A stretch of DNA of 64,000 nt from an uncultured Rubrivirga sp. (GCA_964385255.1 CAYLOH010000001.1:58792-122791); one strand, 5' to 3'; shown: positions 10,287 to 20,314, counted from the first letter of the stretch. Numbers and translations: made by a program. Notes: generated by a model from the sequence alone, not told the origin.

Positions 10287-10637
10287 TCAGCTCGTTGGTG
10301 ATGCAGGTTCCAAGTGATGTGTCCGAACGTACTTGTGCAGTTGGTAGTCCGCGACGAAACTCATGAACGGAACGGTTCCAGCCAGGAGTACACCCAACGT
10401 CTTGATCACGCTCAACTTGATTCGAAAACACAAGTCCACGCCGGCGATGAGGTAGAACAGGTATAGCCACCCGTGGGCCGTCCACAACCAGCGGTAGAGG
10501 TCAGGCTTGACTTCGGTATTCGCGTAGTCCAAGAAGCCATAGCCCACGACGAGCCAGACGGTCAGTGCGCCCAGCACCACACCCGTCACCCAGGCCATGA
10601 TCCGAAATCGCAGCAACGCACCGGGGAGCTTCTCCAT
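10287..10637 (-). CDS. DUF3817-like small membrane protein
   Basis: 116 aa with 3-4 TM helices. LRFRIMAWVTGV resembles DUF3817. Confidence 0.55.
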   Translation of the reverse strand: MEKLPGALLRFRIMAWVTGVVLGALTVWLVVGYGFLDYANTEVKPDLYRWLWTAHGWLYLFYLIAGVDLCFRIKLSVIKTLGVLLAGTVPFMSFVADYQLHKYVRTHHLEPASPTS

Positions 10638-10660
10638 ATTCCGAACCTAACCCACGCCCG

Positions 10661-11575
10661 CTACGACGCCAGTTCGGCAGCAAAGGGTGGTTCGGCGCCC
10701 GCCCGCTGACACGTGATGCCAGCGACGCGGATGCCGAATTCGGCACCGGCAACAACCTTGTCGAGCTCGTGCAGGTCTCCAGGTCCCCAGCCCTGGTGCA
10801 CCCAGTGCGCTAGGAAGCCACCGCTGAAGGAATCTCCGGCTCCCACGGTGTCAACGACGGCAACGGCGGGTACCTCGAGAGCGCACTTGCCGCCGGCGCA
10901 GATCACCTCGACGGAATTCGCGCCATCGGTGAACAGAACCGTGGCACCGGTTCGCATGTGGATCTGCTCGGCCGCAGTGGACGGACGCTCACCGGGATAG
11001 AGGAAGGCGAGATCGTCACCACTGACCTTCACTACGTCCGCACGTGCCAACGCGGAGCCCAGCGTCTCCTGGAAGACGGCTGATCCCGCCATGACCGCCG
11101 GTCGACAATTCGGATCGACCATGACGATCCGAGAGGCTGGAGCGGCGTCCACTACGGCACGCGTCGCTTCCGCTAGCGGCTGCAGAACCAAGGCCAAGGT
11201 TCCGACGTGTAGCACCGAGCAATCGTGACCGACGGCCGCTAAAGCCTGCGAGGGCGTCACCAGCGTCGCGGAAGTGTCATCGAAGACGAACCGGTATGTG
11301 GCTGCCCCCGCGTCGTCCAACTCCGCGATCGCCAACGTCGTCGGTGCATCCATCGGCTGGCCCAGCGCATACGCGACACCATCGGATGCCAGCATTCGCG
11401 AGATGCGACGCCCGAACGCGTCCGTCGATACCCCACCGAGGAAGGAAACTGGTACGTCGAGTCGCGCCAACGTACGAGCCGTATTCAACGGGGCGCCTCC
11501 GATCGCCGCGGCCGTGACGTCGCCTTGCGGACTGACGATGATGTCGATGAGGGCCTCGCCCATCACGGTGATCAC
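10661..11575 (-). CDS. PfkB-family carbohydrate kinase (fructokinase-like)
   Basis: Has GEALIDIIV at the N-terminus and DTVGAGDSFSGGF near the C-terminus. The start is ambiguous (GTG 11575 or ATG 11563); the tracked start 11635 overlaps SURF1. Confidence 0.8.
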   Translation of the reverse strand: MITVMGEALIDIIVSPQGDVTAAAIGGAPLNTARTLARLDVPVSFLGGVSTDAFGRRISRMLASDGVAYALGQPMDAPTTLAIAELDDAGAATYRFVFDDTSATLVTPSQALAAVGHDCSVLHVGTLALVLQPLAEATRAVVDAAPASRIVMVDPNCRPAVMAGSAVFQETLGSALARADVVKVSGDDLAFLYPGERPSTAAEQIHMRTGATVLFTDGANSVEVICAGGKCALEVPAVAVVDTVGAGDSFSGGFLAHWVHQGWGPGDLHELDKVVAGAEFGIRVAGITCQRAGAEPPFAAELAS

Positions 11576-11585
11576 GAGCGGGAAC

Positions 11586-12365
11586 CTACTTCCTGGCGTC
11601 CAAGTAGAGCCAGCGCCCATAGACGAAGATGGCAAAGGCCGCGAAGATCCACCATTGGACCGCGTAGAAGAAGTTCTGCAGCGGGAAGGGGACGTCCCCC
11701 ACCTGGACCGTCGGCGGGACGATCACCGGGGCCGGCGCGTCGGCCGCTAGCAAGACCGGATCCTGGGTCTGCATCATCACGTACCCGTCGATGAGCTCGG
11801 TGTTCCACTGCTCGGCCAAGGCCGGGGCATCGACGGTGATCAGTTGCGAATCGTTTGCGCCCTCATAGAAGGCTTCGTTGGGGTGCAAAACCCCTGCAAT
11901 GCGCGTCGGATCCTGTCGAATCGGCGGGCTTTGCACGTCATCGGGCAACCAGCCGCGCACCACCGCGACGCTGCGTCCATTCTCGAGTTCGAATCGAGTG
12001 ATCGTCCACGTGCCCGCCCGACCCTCATACGCCCTATTCGGGAGCAGTAACTCGTCGCTGGTGAATGCACCGTCGAGAATGACGCTTCTGCCGATCTCGG
12101 CGTTGTTCCAGGTGCCGTCCTTTGCGACGATGTCCGCCAGGGCAACGGGTTCGGACGCAGCCGCACGTTCCGCAGCGAGGATGTCTTGTGTCCTATCCCA
12201 CTGCCAGCGACCCAGGACCACGCAGACCACGATGAAGATCACGAGAGCCGCCAGGGCGATCAGCCAGCGTGGGCGGATGGCGGTGCGCACCAGGTCCGTC
12301 GTCGAGGGGCGCACCCGGCTGTCAGGTGCGCTGGTCATCTCCGCTTGATTCCCCTTCTTCACCAC
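11586..12365 (-). CDS. SURF1-family protein (cytochrome oxidase assembly)
   Basis: Has RPRWLIALAALVIF...LGRWQWDR and a C-terminal TM, matching the SURF1 topology. ATG 12338 is an alternative start. Confidence 0.8.
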   Translation of the reverse strand: MVKKGNQAEMTSAPDSRVRPSTTDLVRTAIRPRWLIALAALVIFIVVCVVLGRWQWDRTQDILAAERAAASEPVALADIVAKDGTWNNAEIGRSVILDGAFTSDELLLPNRAYEGRAGTWTITRFELENGRSVAVVRGWLPDDVQSPPIRQDPTRIAGVLHPNEAFYEGANDSQLITVDAPALAEQWNTELIDGYVMMQTQDPVLLAADAPAPVIVPPTVQVGDVPFPLQNFFYAVQWWIFAAFAIFVYGRWLYLDARK

Positions 12366-12564
12366 GCAGCACGGCTTCCTCGGTGAAGTGTTCGTCTTCG
12401 GCTATCCGCTCGTCTTCCGGGCCCGGCGGCAGATCCACGTTGATCTTCTTGATTTGACGGTTCATGGACTTCCACAACAAGAAGACCGCGATGCCCAAGA
12501 TGAGCACGATGATCCCGACAATCTGAAGGCCACCATCGACGACCACACTCACATTGCTGTTCAT
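12322..12564 (-). CDS. Small single-TM hypothetical protein
   Basis: 80 aa with one TM (IVGIIVLILGIAVFLLW) and an acidic tail. Lies between mca and SURF1. Confidence 0.5.
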   Translation of the reverse strand: MNSNVSVVVDGGLQIVGIIVLILGIAVFLLWKSMNRQIKKINVDLPPGPEDERIAEDEHFTEEAVLRGEEGESSGDDQRT

Positions 12565-12570
12565 GGCGTT

Positions 12571-13449
12571 CTAACTCCTCAATCCAGCGAACAAATCGTC
12601 TTCCGGTGTTTCGACCTCGATCGCCGACCAGGCGAGTTCGAAGTCCTCTGTAGGCCACAGATCTTTCTGCATCTCCAGGGGAACGGCGAACCACATCCCA
12701 TTCGGGTCGATCTGGGTGGCATGGGCAAGGAGGGCCTGGTCGCGTACGTGGAAGTAATCCGCCGCGTGGACTTGGGTGGTGACGCGCCCGAAGTTGTCGT
12801 CACGATCGTCCCAATTCGTCAACCACTCCTCATAGGGCGACTCCAGACCAGCATCGAGCAGCGCATGGTGGAACGTGACAATCCGCTTCTTCGAGAACTG
12901 GTGATTGAAGTAGATCTTGGCCACCTGATGAGCCTCGCCCAAGTGAGGGTGTTGCCCCACGTCGGCGGCCTCCTTCACCGCGGCCATGGTGATCTCGTGG
13001 GTGCGGATGTGGTCGGGGTGCGGGTAGCCACCGTTCTCGTCGTACGTGGTTATCACCTGCGGCCGGAATTCGCGGATATGTCTCACCAGTGCCGGCGTCA
13101 CTTCGTGGAGCGGGAGGCCCGCGAACGAGCTCGCAGGCACCGGGGGCTTGGGGTCACCCTCCGGGAAGCCGGAGTCCTCGAAGCCGAGCCACGCGTGCTG
13201 GACCCGAAGGATCTCGGCAGCCCGCGCCATCTCGCGTTGACGGACAGCGAAGATGCCGTCGCGATCGACGATCTCGCGCATGGCCGGGTTGAGGATGTCA
13301 CCGCGCTCACCACCGGTGCACGTGACGACCATCACCTCGACGCCTTCGTCGACGTACTTGGCGGTGGTGGCTGCGCCCTTGCTGGACTCGTCGTCGGGGT
13401 GGGCGTGGACCGCCATGAGGCGCAGGGGTTGCTGGTCTATCGAGGGCAC
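12571..13449 (-). CDS. mca: Mycothiol S-conjugate amidase (LmbE/PIG-L deacetylase family)
   Basis: Has the AVHAHPDDES zinc motif. Its 292-aa length and its position next to DUF4307-greA match the mycobacterial mca locus as I recall it. Confidence 0.8.
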   Translation of the reverse strand: MPSIDQQPLRLMAVHAHPDDESSKGAATTAKYVDEGVEVMVVTCTGGERGDILNPAMREIVDRDGIFAVRQREMARAAEILRVQHAWLGFEDSGFPEGDPKPPVPASSFAGLPLHEVTPALVRHIREFRPQVITTYDENGGYPHPDHIRTHEITMAAVKEAADVGQHPHLGEAHQVAKIYFNHQFSKKRIVTFHHALLDAGLESPYEEWLTNWDDRDDNFGRVTTQVHAADYFHVRDQALLAHATQIDPNGMWFAVPLEMQKDLWPTEDFELAWSAIEVETPEDDLFAGLRS

Positions 13450-13506
13450 GGCCTTAGTCTCGCACTCGTGTCATCGCCCTTCTCTCCTGACCGACTATCG
13501 CCCACG

Positions 13507-13944
13507 ATGCGGGCCCGATACGGGCTCGATCGACGTCGCCTGTCGCCGTTGGTCGTCGGGGTAATCGTCGTCGTCGCCTTCCTCGCGGCAGTGGCGTTCG
13601 CCGGGATCATGTCCGTCCGCGACAACGTCGAATACCAACTCATCCGGTGGACCGTCGTGGGGCCCGACCGCGCAGACGCGACGTTCGACGTGACGCGGAA
13701 CGGGGCCGACGAGGTCGTGTGCATTCTTCGGGCACAGGACTCCAAGCGGATCGATGTCGGGTATGCGGAGATCGTCATCCCGCCCGGTGCAGCGACCGTC
13801 ACGACCGACTATTCGCTCCGAACCGTGGCTCCCGCCTACACGGTGGAGGTCCTCGCGTGCGAACGACCCGGGGAGCTACGCGTCCCAGGACCGCAATTCC
13901 CGCCCGGCATCGCGGTGCCCGAGCAGCCCTGGACCCCCGCCTAG
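13507..13944 (+). CDS. DUF4307-like membrane-anchored protein
   Basis: Starts at ATG 13507 (MRARYGLDRRR). Has one TM followed by a beta-rich domain. It occupies the conserved position upstream of greA. Confidence 0.65.
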   Translation: MRARYGLDRRRLSPLVVGVIVVVAFLAAVAFAGIMSVRDNVEYQLIRWTVVGPDRADATFDVTRNGADEVVCILRAQDSKRIDVGYAEIVIPPGAATVTTDYSLRTVAPAYTVEVLACERPGELRVPGPQFPPGIAVPEQPWTPA

Positions 13945-13998
13945 GGGGCCACTGCCGCGGATTGGCCCGATTTGCCAGGCCATTTACAGTGGTGCGTT

Positions 13999-14484
13999 AT
14001 GACTGACGTGACCTGGCTGACCCAAGAGGCGCACGACCGACTGGTCGACGAACTCGCCGAGCGGGAGGGCCCAACGCGAGTGGAGATCACCAAGCGGATC
14101 GAGGCTGCGCGTGAGGAAGGCGATCTCAAGGAGAACGGCGGGTATCACGCAGCCAAGGAAGAGCAGGGCAAGAACGAGGCCCGAATCCGTCAACTCAAAC
14201 AACTTCTAGAGAGCGCGCAGATCGGTGCACCGGAGGCAGCGGACGACGAAGTCGCTGCAGGCAAAGTCGTCACGATCAAGTTCGTGGAGTTCGGCGACGA
14301 AGAGACTTTCCTTCTCGGCTCGCGCGAGGAGGCTGCCCACGCGTCGGTCGAGGTTTACTCCCCCACCTCGCCGTTGGGAGCTGCCGTGAACGGCAAGAGG
14401 ATCGGCGACGTCGCAACCTATGAACTCGCCAACGGCAAGTCGATGAGCGTCGAGATCCTCAAGGTCGAGCCCTACGGCGGCTGA
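13999..14484 (+). CDS. greA: Transcription elongation factor GreA
   Basis: Contains LTQEAHDRLVDEL...AREEGDLKENGGYHAAKEEQGKNEARIRQL. Start chosen at ATG 13999. Confidence 0.92.
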   Translation: MTDVTWLTQEAHDRLVDELAEREGPTRVEITKRIEAAREEGDLKENGGYHAAKEEQGKNEARIRQLKQLLESAQIGAPEAADDEVAAGKVVTIKFVEFGDEETFLLGSREEAAHASVEVYSPTSPLGAAVNGKRIGDVATYELANGKSMSVEILKVEPYGG

Positions 14485-14515
14485 CCGTCGCTGTCTGTGC
14501 TACCCGCGTTCCCCG

Positions 14516-15367
14516 CTACTTGCGGGCTGCGGTGCGGTACTTGCGCACCGCCAGGGGCGCGAAGATCGCGATGACCACCAAACACGAGATGACCGTGTAG
14601 AGCGCGGCGTTGTTCAACGTCCAGAAGTCCGTCGGAGCCCCCGTCGGGTTACCGAAAAGCTCACGCGTGGCTTGAACCAGACTCGAGACGGGATTGAAGG
14701 CCGCGAAGTACTGCAGCCAGGTCGGTAGCGAGGTGATCGGTACGAACGCGTTGGACAAGAACGTGAGCGGGAATATCCAAATCAGACCGGCGGTGTTGGC
14801 TGTCTCGGTGTTGGGAACCGACAAGCCTACGAACGCCCCGACCCAGGTCACCGTGTAGGCGAAAAGCAACAACAGCAAGTACGCGTAGATGGCGTTGAGG
14901 ATCCCGTCGTTGATCCTCCATCCCACGATGAAGCCGGTAATGGAGAGGACCGTGAGAACCAGGATCTGTCTCAAGGCGTTGGCCAACGTGTTACCCAGCA
15001 GGACTGCCGGTTGGGACATCGGCAAGGCTCGGTACCGGTCGATGATGCCGCGTTGCATTGCTTCCGCGAGGCCGACGGTGCTGGCGGCCGCGGCGAAGGC
15101 GACCGTCTGTCCGAAGATTCCCGGCATCAAGTACTGGCGATACAAGGAGGCGTCTTCGGCGCTACCCGGCTCCGCTCCAGGAATGGGGATGGCGCCACCG
15201 AAGACGTAGGCGAAGAGCAGGACGAAGATCACCGGCTGGATCAATTGGAAGAACAGCGCTTCGGGAATACGGAAGGAGGCGGTGATCGTCGCGCGGGCGA
15301 TGACAAGAGCATCGTGGATGGTCCAGCCGAGAGCCGGCCGCCTGGCCTGAATCGCAGGATTGCTCAT
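14516..15367 (-). CDS. ABC-2 type exporter permease
   Basis: 283 aa with 6 TM helices. It overlaps the upstream ATPase gene by 4 nt. Confidence 0.8.
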   Translation of the reverse strand: MSNPAIQARRPALGWTIHDALVIARATITASFRIPEALFFQLIQPVIFVLLFAYVFGGAIPIPGAEPGSAEDASLYRQYLMPGIFGQTVAFAAAASTVGLAEAMQRGIIDRYRALPMSQPAVLLGNTLANALRQILVLTVLSITGFIVGWRINDGILNAIYAYLLLLLFAYTVTWVGAFVGLSVPNTETANTAGLIWIFPLTFLSNAFVPITSLPTWLQYFAAFNPVSSLVQATRELFGNPTGAPTDFWTLNNAALYTVISCLVVIAIFAPLAVRKYRTAARK

Positions 15368-16356
15368 CGACGCCCTCCTCGTCGTCCGCGCTTGGAGGGT
15401 TCCGGACGCTGGTCTTCCTCCGCGCCGTGTCCCGTGAGTGTCAAGAACACGTCGTCAAGAGTCGGGCGACGAAGACCGATGTCCGCAACGCTGACATTTG
15501 CTGAATCCAAGGCGCGCACCGCTTCGATGAGAACGGGTGATCCGCCGCTCACCGGAGCCGAGTAGCGACTGCCATCGACGCTCGCCTCCCCCGAGACGAT
15601 CGAGGTCAGCGCGGCAACTGCAGCCGGAGCCTGATTCGGATCCCCGAGGGTTATCTCCAGCCGATCCCCGCCGATCTGATCCTTGAGTTCGCTCGAGGTT
15701 CCGTGGGCAATCACCTTGCCGTGGTCGATGACGACGATGTCGTCCGCCAGCTGATCGGCTTCGTCCAGATACTGAGTAGTGAGCAATACCGTCGTTCCCT
15801 CGGCGACCAATTCGGCGATAACGTTCCATAAGCCGATGCGCGACCGAGGATCCAAGCCGGTGGTCGGTTCATCGAGAAACAAGATGCCCGGCTTTGCAAT
15901 GAGGCTCGCTGCCAGATCCAAGCGCCGGCGCATACCCCCCGAGTAGGTCTTGGCCGGACGGTTCGCCGCGTCGGTGAGATCGAATTTCTCGAGGAGTTCG
16001 TCGGCACGAGCGGACACATACGCCCTATCCAGGTGGAAGAGGGCGCCGAACATCGCCAGGTTTTCGCGTCCGGTCAAGAATTCATCGACTGCGGCGTACT
16101 GCCCGGTCAAACCGATGGAGCGCCGAACGTCGTCGGCCTGCTTCACCACGTCGAAGCCCGCCACCTTGGCGGTCCCGGCGTTGGCCTTGAGCAAAGTCGC
16201 CAGGATCCGGACCGTGGTCGTCTTGCCAGATCCGTTCGGACCGAGCAGCCCCACCACCTTGCCGCGCGGAACGACAAGGTCGATTCCGTTGAGTGCCTTG
16301 ACATCGCCGAATTCCTTGACGAGCCCGTGGGCTTCGACGGCGTAGTCGGACGTCAC
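15364..16356 (-). CDS. ABC transporter ATP-binding protein (DrrA-like)
   Basis: Shows Walker A GPNGSGKTT, the signature YSGGMRRRL and Walker B ILFLDEPTTGLD. Confidence 0.9.
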   Translation of the reverse strand: MTSDYAVEAHGLVKEFGDVKALNGIDLVVPRGKVVGLLGPNGSGKTTTVRILATLLKANAGTAKVAGFDVVKQADDVRRSIGLTGQYAAVDEFLTGRENLAMFGALFHLDRAYVSARADELLEKFDLTDAANRPAKTYSGGMRRRLDLAASLIAKPGILFLDEPTTGLDPRSRIGLWNVIAELVAEGTTVLLTTQYLDEADQLADDIVVIDHGKVIAHGTSSELKDQIGGDRLEITLGDPNQAPAAVAALTSIVSGEASVDGSRYSAPVSGGSPVLIEAVRALDSANVSVADIGLRRPTLDDVFLTLTGHGAEEDQRPEPSKRGRRGGRR

Positions 16357-16385
16357 AACTGCGAACAGTACGCCCGGGGCCTCGG

Positions 16386-17630
16386 TCAGCCGTCGAGGAC
16401 CTCGACTCGATAGCCGGCCGAGGACAGGGCATCGATGATGCGATCGCGTTGCTCGGCACTGCGTGTCTCCATCTGGATATCGATGCGAACGTCACCGATG
16501 GAGACGCGCGGGTCGGTTCGGTCATGAAAGACGTCCACCACATTGGCCTTGTGCTGCTTGAGTACGTCGAGCAGTCCGGCCAACGATCCCGGGAAATCAG
16601 GCGTCTGCACGCTTATCGACAAGTAGCGCCCCGCGGCCGCCATGCCATGGCGGATGATCCGAAGGAGGACGAGGGAATCGACGTTCCCACCCGAGATCGT
16701 GATGGCTACCGGCGGCTCGAAATCATGTGGGTGGTTCATGACGGCCGCCGTCGCAGCCGCGCCCGAAGGTTCCACCACCAGTTTGGCCCGCTCGAGCAAC
16801 ATCAAGACTGCCCTGGACAACTCGTCCTCGGTGACCGTGCGGAACTCATCCACATACGTCTGAATCAACTCGAACGGGATATCCCCCGGCCGGGCGATGG
16901 CGATGCCATCGGCCATCGTGTTCATCTGGGTTCGCGTGATGGGTCGCCCCTCCGCGATGCTCTGCGGGTAGGTGGCTGCTCCTTCTGCTTGGACTCCGAC
17001 CACCGTGACGTCGGGCTTGATCTGCTTGATCGCAAACGCGACTCCCGCGAGCAGTCCGCCACCGCCCGTGCACACGACCACGGTCTTGACATCGGGGATC
17101 TTCTCGATGATCTCCAAGCCCAGGGTGCCTTGTCCTGCCACGACATGCTCATGGTCGAAGGGGTGGATCAAGATCGCCCCGGTCTCATCTGCGAAGAGTC
17201 GCGCTTGCACGAGCGCCTCGTCGACCGTCGAGCCGTGGAATCGGACGTCGGCACCGTACCCGCGGGTGGCCTCGATCTTCGGAATCGACGCATCTACCGG
17301 CATGAACACCGTGACATTCACGCCAAGGAGTTGTCCAGCAAGCGCGACACCCTGAGCATGATTGCCCGCACTCGCCGCAACGACGCCCTTCGCGCGTTCG
17401 GCTTCGGTCAGTTGCGCGATGCGGTTGAAGGCTCCGCGAATCTTGAAGGAGCCAGCACGCTGCAGATTCTCCGGAATGAGATACACCGGTCCACCGACCT
17501 GGTCGCTGAGCCACCGCGCCCCCTGAACGGGCAGATCGCGAATCACTCCCTCGAGGCGCTCCGCGGCTCCCCGCACATCGTCGATCTCCACCCGCGCATC
17601 CTGACAGTCATCCCCGCAGCGCGCGACGAC
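16386..17630 (-). CDS. ilvA: Threonine ammonia-lyase (threonine dehydratase)
   Basis: Has the PLP lysine motif GSFKIRGA and a C-terminal ACT-like regulatory domain. The start is uncertain (GTG candidates at 17630, 17627 and 17591); the tracked start 17798 lies inside the upstream gene. Confidence 0.85.
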   Translation of the reverse strand, partial: VVARCGDDCQDARVEIDDVRGAAERLEGVIRDLPVQGARWLSDQVGGPVYLIPENLQRAGSFKIRGAFNRIAQLTEAERAKGVVAASAGNHAQGVALAGQLLGVNVTVFMPVDASIPKIEATRGYGADVRFHGSTVDEALVQARLFADETGAILIHPFDHEHVVAGQGTLGLEIIEKIPDVKTVVVCTGGGGLLAGVAFAIKQIKPDVTVVGVQAEGAATYPQSIAEGRPITRTQMNTMADGIAIARPGDIPFELIQTYVDEFRTVTEDELSRAVLMLLERAKLVVEPSGAAATAAVMNHPHDFEPPVAITISGGNVDSLVLLRIIRHGMAAAGRYLSISVQTPDFPGSLAGLLDVLKQHKANVVDVFHDRTDPRVSIGDVRIDIQMETRSAEQRDRIIDALSSAGYRVEVLDG

Positions 17631-18405
17631 CTCCCGGGAGCTGTGTGGCTGCCGTGAGGCGGGCACGCTCGGCCGCCGAGCGTCCCGCACCGGCGGCCGA
17701 GCCGGATCGTCCGTCGGCGGCTCCGCGATAGCCGCCCCATCGACCGCGAGCATCGGAGGTGCGTCGATGGAACGCGGTGACCTCCTTCTGCGAATCACGC
17801 AGCGCCAGAGCGGCCGAACCCGAGGCCCCGGCGTGTCGATCGTGCTCCTTGATCGCGTCCTCGCGAGCGGTCTGCAATCGCGCGTCGATCCTGTCGATGT
17901 AAGCCCGATAGAAGGCAGCGCGTGCAGTCTGCTTGGTGAAGGGTTTCGTCACCAGGAGCCCCGTTGCTCTCGAACGGATTCGATACGACTCCGATCTCCA
18001 CTCTCCGGCCTCGAGGTAGCTCTGTGCCGAGGTGGCCATCTGCACGGACAATGACGCGAAGAGAGTGTGTGTCGCATCGAGATCAGCTGGCATTCCGTAC
18101 GCAATCACATAGGTGGAGTCGATCGCCACATCAACCATCGTGAAGTTGTTGTGGGCTATGACTACGAAGAGCGACACCAGATGCGTGTTGGCCCTTCGTC
18201 CCTTGTCGCCGATGGTGACGGTCCGCGTGATCGGATCCTGGGGAGCCTCCGAGGCCATCGACCTGGCTCGAGCAGCGGCCAGGTCGATGCTGGCCAGAGT
18301 CGCCAGCGCCTGAGCCTTCATCAAGTAAGCCGCTGCCTCGTGCTCATTGTCCGTGCGTTCCGCCTTCATGAGGAGGGCACTGATGCGTTCGATCGCAGCA
18401 CTCAT
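17608..18405 (-). CDS. DUF2786-like protein with Arg/Gly-rich tail
   Basis: Starts at ATG 18405 (MSAAIERISALLMKAERTDNEHEAAAYLMKAQAL), which matches the DUF2786 N-terminal motif as I recall it. ATGA overlap with the upstream metallohydrolase gene. Confidence 0.6.
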   Translation of the reverse strand: MSAAIERISALLMKAERTDNEHEAAAYLMKAQALATLASIDLAAARARSMASEAPQDPITRTVTIGDKGRRANTHLVSLFVVIAHNNFTMVDVAIDSTYVIAYGMPADLDATHTLFASLSVQMATSAQSYLEAGEWRSESYRIRSRATGLLVTKPFTKQTARAAFYRAYIDRIDARLQTAREDAIKEHDRHAGASGSAALALRDSQKEVTAFHRRTSDARGRWGGYRGAADGRSGSAAGAGRSAAERARLTAATQLPGGRRALRG

Positions 18406-18875
18406 ACCGGGACCCCGGCCGCCTGATAACTCGTTCGAAGCAATAGCTCTGCCTCGTGGCCCAGGAACTCCTGAACCAAAGACAGCATCGAGGACGTGAA
18501 CACTCGATCGTGGAGGGCACTGGCGTGCACCGTGATCGCCATGTGATGTGCGATCTCGTGCAGAAGAACGGACTCTCGCATCGCCCATGGCTGATTCGTC
18601 GGGACGGCGATCACGCCACCGCTCGCTCGAACTTCGTAGTGCGCTCGCGTTCCACCTCGGCGATGCCGCACCTGGATTGCCGGGATTTCCCGCACTCGGC
18701 ATACCCGATCGACATAGACCCGAACATCGTTCATGTTGCCGAAACGCAATTGCACTGGGGCGGTGATGGAGGATCCGAAGAAATCAATGTGACCACCTCT
18801 ATCCATGAGGGCCGACCATTGATCCTCGGCCCGGTACACCGCTTGGCGGAGACTGTCAGGGGTCTTCGATGCCAT
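18402..18875 (-). CDS. Putative HExxH zinc metallohydrolase (recalled as the actinobacterial TIGR04338-type family)
   Basis: 157 aa containing LLHEIAHHM (HExxH). No signal peptide. Confidence 0.6.
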   Translation of the reverse strand: MASKTPDSLRQAVYRAEDQWSALMDRGGHIDFFGSSITAPVQLRFGNMNDVRVYVDRVCRVREIPAIQVRHRRGGTRAHYEVRASGGVIAVPTNQPWAMRESVLLHEIAHHMAITVHASALHDRVFTSSMLSLVQEFLGHEAELLLRTSYQAAGVPV

Positions 18876-18887
18876 GGTTGTCGACGT

Positions 18888-20225
18888 TCAGGAGGGCCAC
18901 GTCGGCGTCTCGTCAGCCGCCGGCCGTTGCATCACACCCGCAGCGATGGCACCGAACATCGCCGCCCCTAGCGCCCCGGCCTCATTCACCTCGCTCACGT
19001 CGAAACTCCCCATGGCTTCACGCTTGGCCTGAACCACCATGGCGTCGTGAATCCACCCTCCCGCAAGGACGGTGCGTTGGCGTGGAGCGCTGGTGGCTTC
19101 CATGAAGTTCAACAGTTCCGAACTCCGCGCCACCAAGTCGTACACGCTGGCGCGCCACAACGCTTCGGGGCTGGCATCGTCGTCGACGCCACTAATCGAG
19201 AGCCCCACATGATCGACATCGGCCAATCTGAGCTCGCCGACGCTGGCCGTCAGTGCCTTCGCAGCCAACTCCGCGCGCTGTTCATTGCTGTCCACACCCA
19301 GCAGCCGCCGAATTCGCTCGAGGGAAAGGCCCGTCACCAAGGCACCCAATACACATACGTGATTCGGGATGACACTCCACAGCACCGCGACGTCACGTTC
19401 GGCCAAGCGCACGAGTTCCTCGCGCGGCAACGGCCCGGGCGTGAATCGAAGCAGCGCCTCGGCAGTTCCCATCGAATCGAACAATGCGCCCGTCGTCGCC
19501 GCACCACAGGCGAAAGCAGCGGATTGATGATCCATTCCCGTTGCTGTGAGCACCGCCCCGCGCATCGACGCCGGTACGAGCGATGCCCTGCCGCAATCGT
19601 CTCCGGCATGGACTACGGGTCCGGGCAGAAGTGGGCCGACGAGATCCACGGTCGCGTGCCAGGGTGATCGTTCAACGACGTCGAATAGTCCCGTTCTGGA
19701 GACCAGCGAAATCTCACTGACACGCTCACCCCCCAACCTGTGGACTATCCATTCGGCGACACTGAGGAAGCACGTCGCCCTGGACGCGGCCGGGATGTTC
19801 TCGCGAAGCCACAAGATCTTGGCAACAGACGGCTTGTTGTTCAGCCGCATTCCGACATGACCGTGGAAGTCCTCGGCGGTGATGGCTTCCCTCAGAAGAT
19901 CCGCTCGGCCGCGAGGGTCGTGGAAGGCGATAATCGGCGCGAGCGGTTCACTACCTCCGTCCATCAACACGCCGGCCTCGGCCATGCTCGTGACCCCCAT
20001 ACCCACAACCCGGGCTCCATCGGGCCACGCGTCGGATCGTTCGAGGTGAGCTAGTACCGAGTGGACCACGTCCATCAATTCATTTGCGTCCATCTGCGCT
20101 TCCGCGCCCGAGCGCTGCCATGGAGTCGGTAGTGCAGCTTCGGCGAGCACACTGCCATCCAATGCGACCGCGAGGGCCTTGACACGGGTGGTTCCCGCGT
20201 CGATTCCCACTACCAGTTCGCGCAT
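18888..20225 (-). CDS. FGGY-family carbohydrate kinase
   Basis: Starts at ATG 20225 (MRELVVGIDAGTTRVKALAV). Shows the two-domain FGGY architecture. Confidence 0.8.
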   Translation of the reverse strand: MRELVVGIDAGTTRVKALAVALDGSVLAEAALPTPWQRSGAEAQMDANELMDVVHSVLAHLERSDAWPDGARVVGMGVTSMAEAGVLMDGGSEPLAPIIAFHDPRGRADLLREAITAEDFHGHVGMRLNNKPSVAKILWLRENIPAASRATCFLSVAEWIVHRLGGERVSEISLVSRTGLFDVVERSPWHATVDLVGPLLPGPVVHAGDDCGRASLVPASMRGAVLTATGMDHQSAAFACGAATTGALFDSMGTAEALLRFTPGPLPREELVRLAERDVAVLWSVIPNHVCVLGALVTGLSLERIRRLLGVDSNEQRAELAAKALTASVGELRLADVDHVGLSISGVDDDASPEALWRASVYDLVARSSELLNFMEATSAPRQRTVLAGGWIHDAMVVQAKREAMGSFDVSEVNEAGALGAAMFGAIAAGVMQRPAADETPTWPS

Positions 20226-20298
20226 CGGACTCCTTCGAGGACAACAGCTCTGCACTATCCACCGCGAGGATAGGCTGGTTCCACCTCAGGTGCACGTA

Positions 20299-20314
20299 GA
20301 TCGGGGACCCGATC
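20299..20314. promoter_or_regulatory. Dyad GATCGGG-GA-CCCGATC in a divergent promoter region (candidate operator)
   Basis: Perfect 7-2-7 inverted repeat read directly from the sequence. It lies between the FGGY kinase start (20225) and the aldolase start (20354). Confidence 0.35.

Noticed and set aside
12388-13506. The first ~370 codons of a 518-aa plus-strand ORF.
   Set aside because: This stretch is antisense to the well-supported mca gene (AHPDDE motif on the minus strand) and has no recognisable domain. Only the part from ATG 13507 (DUF4307-like) is called. It is a typical shadow ORF of GC-rich DNA.
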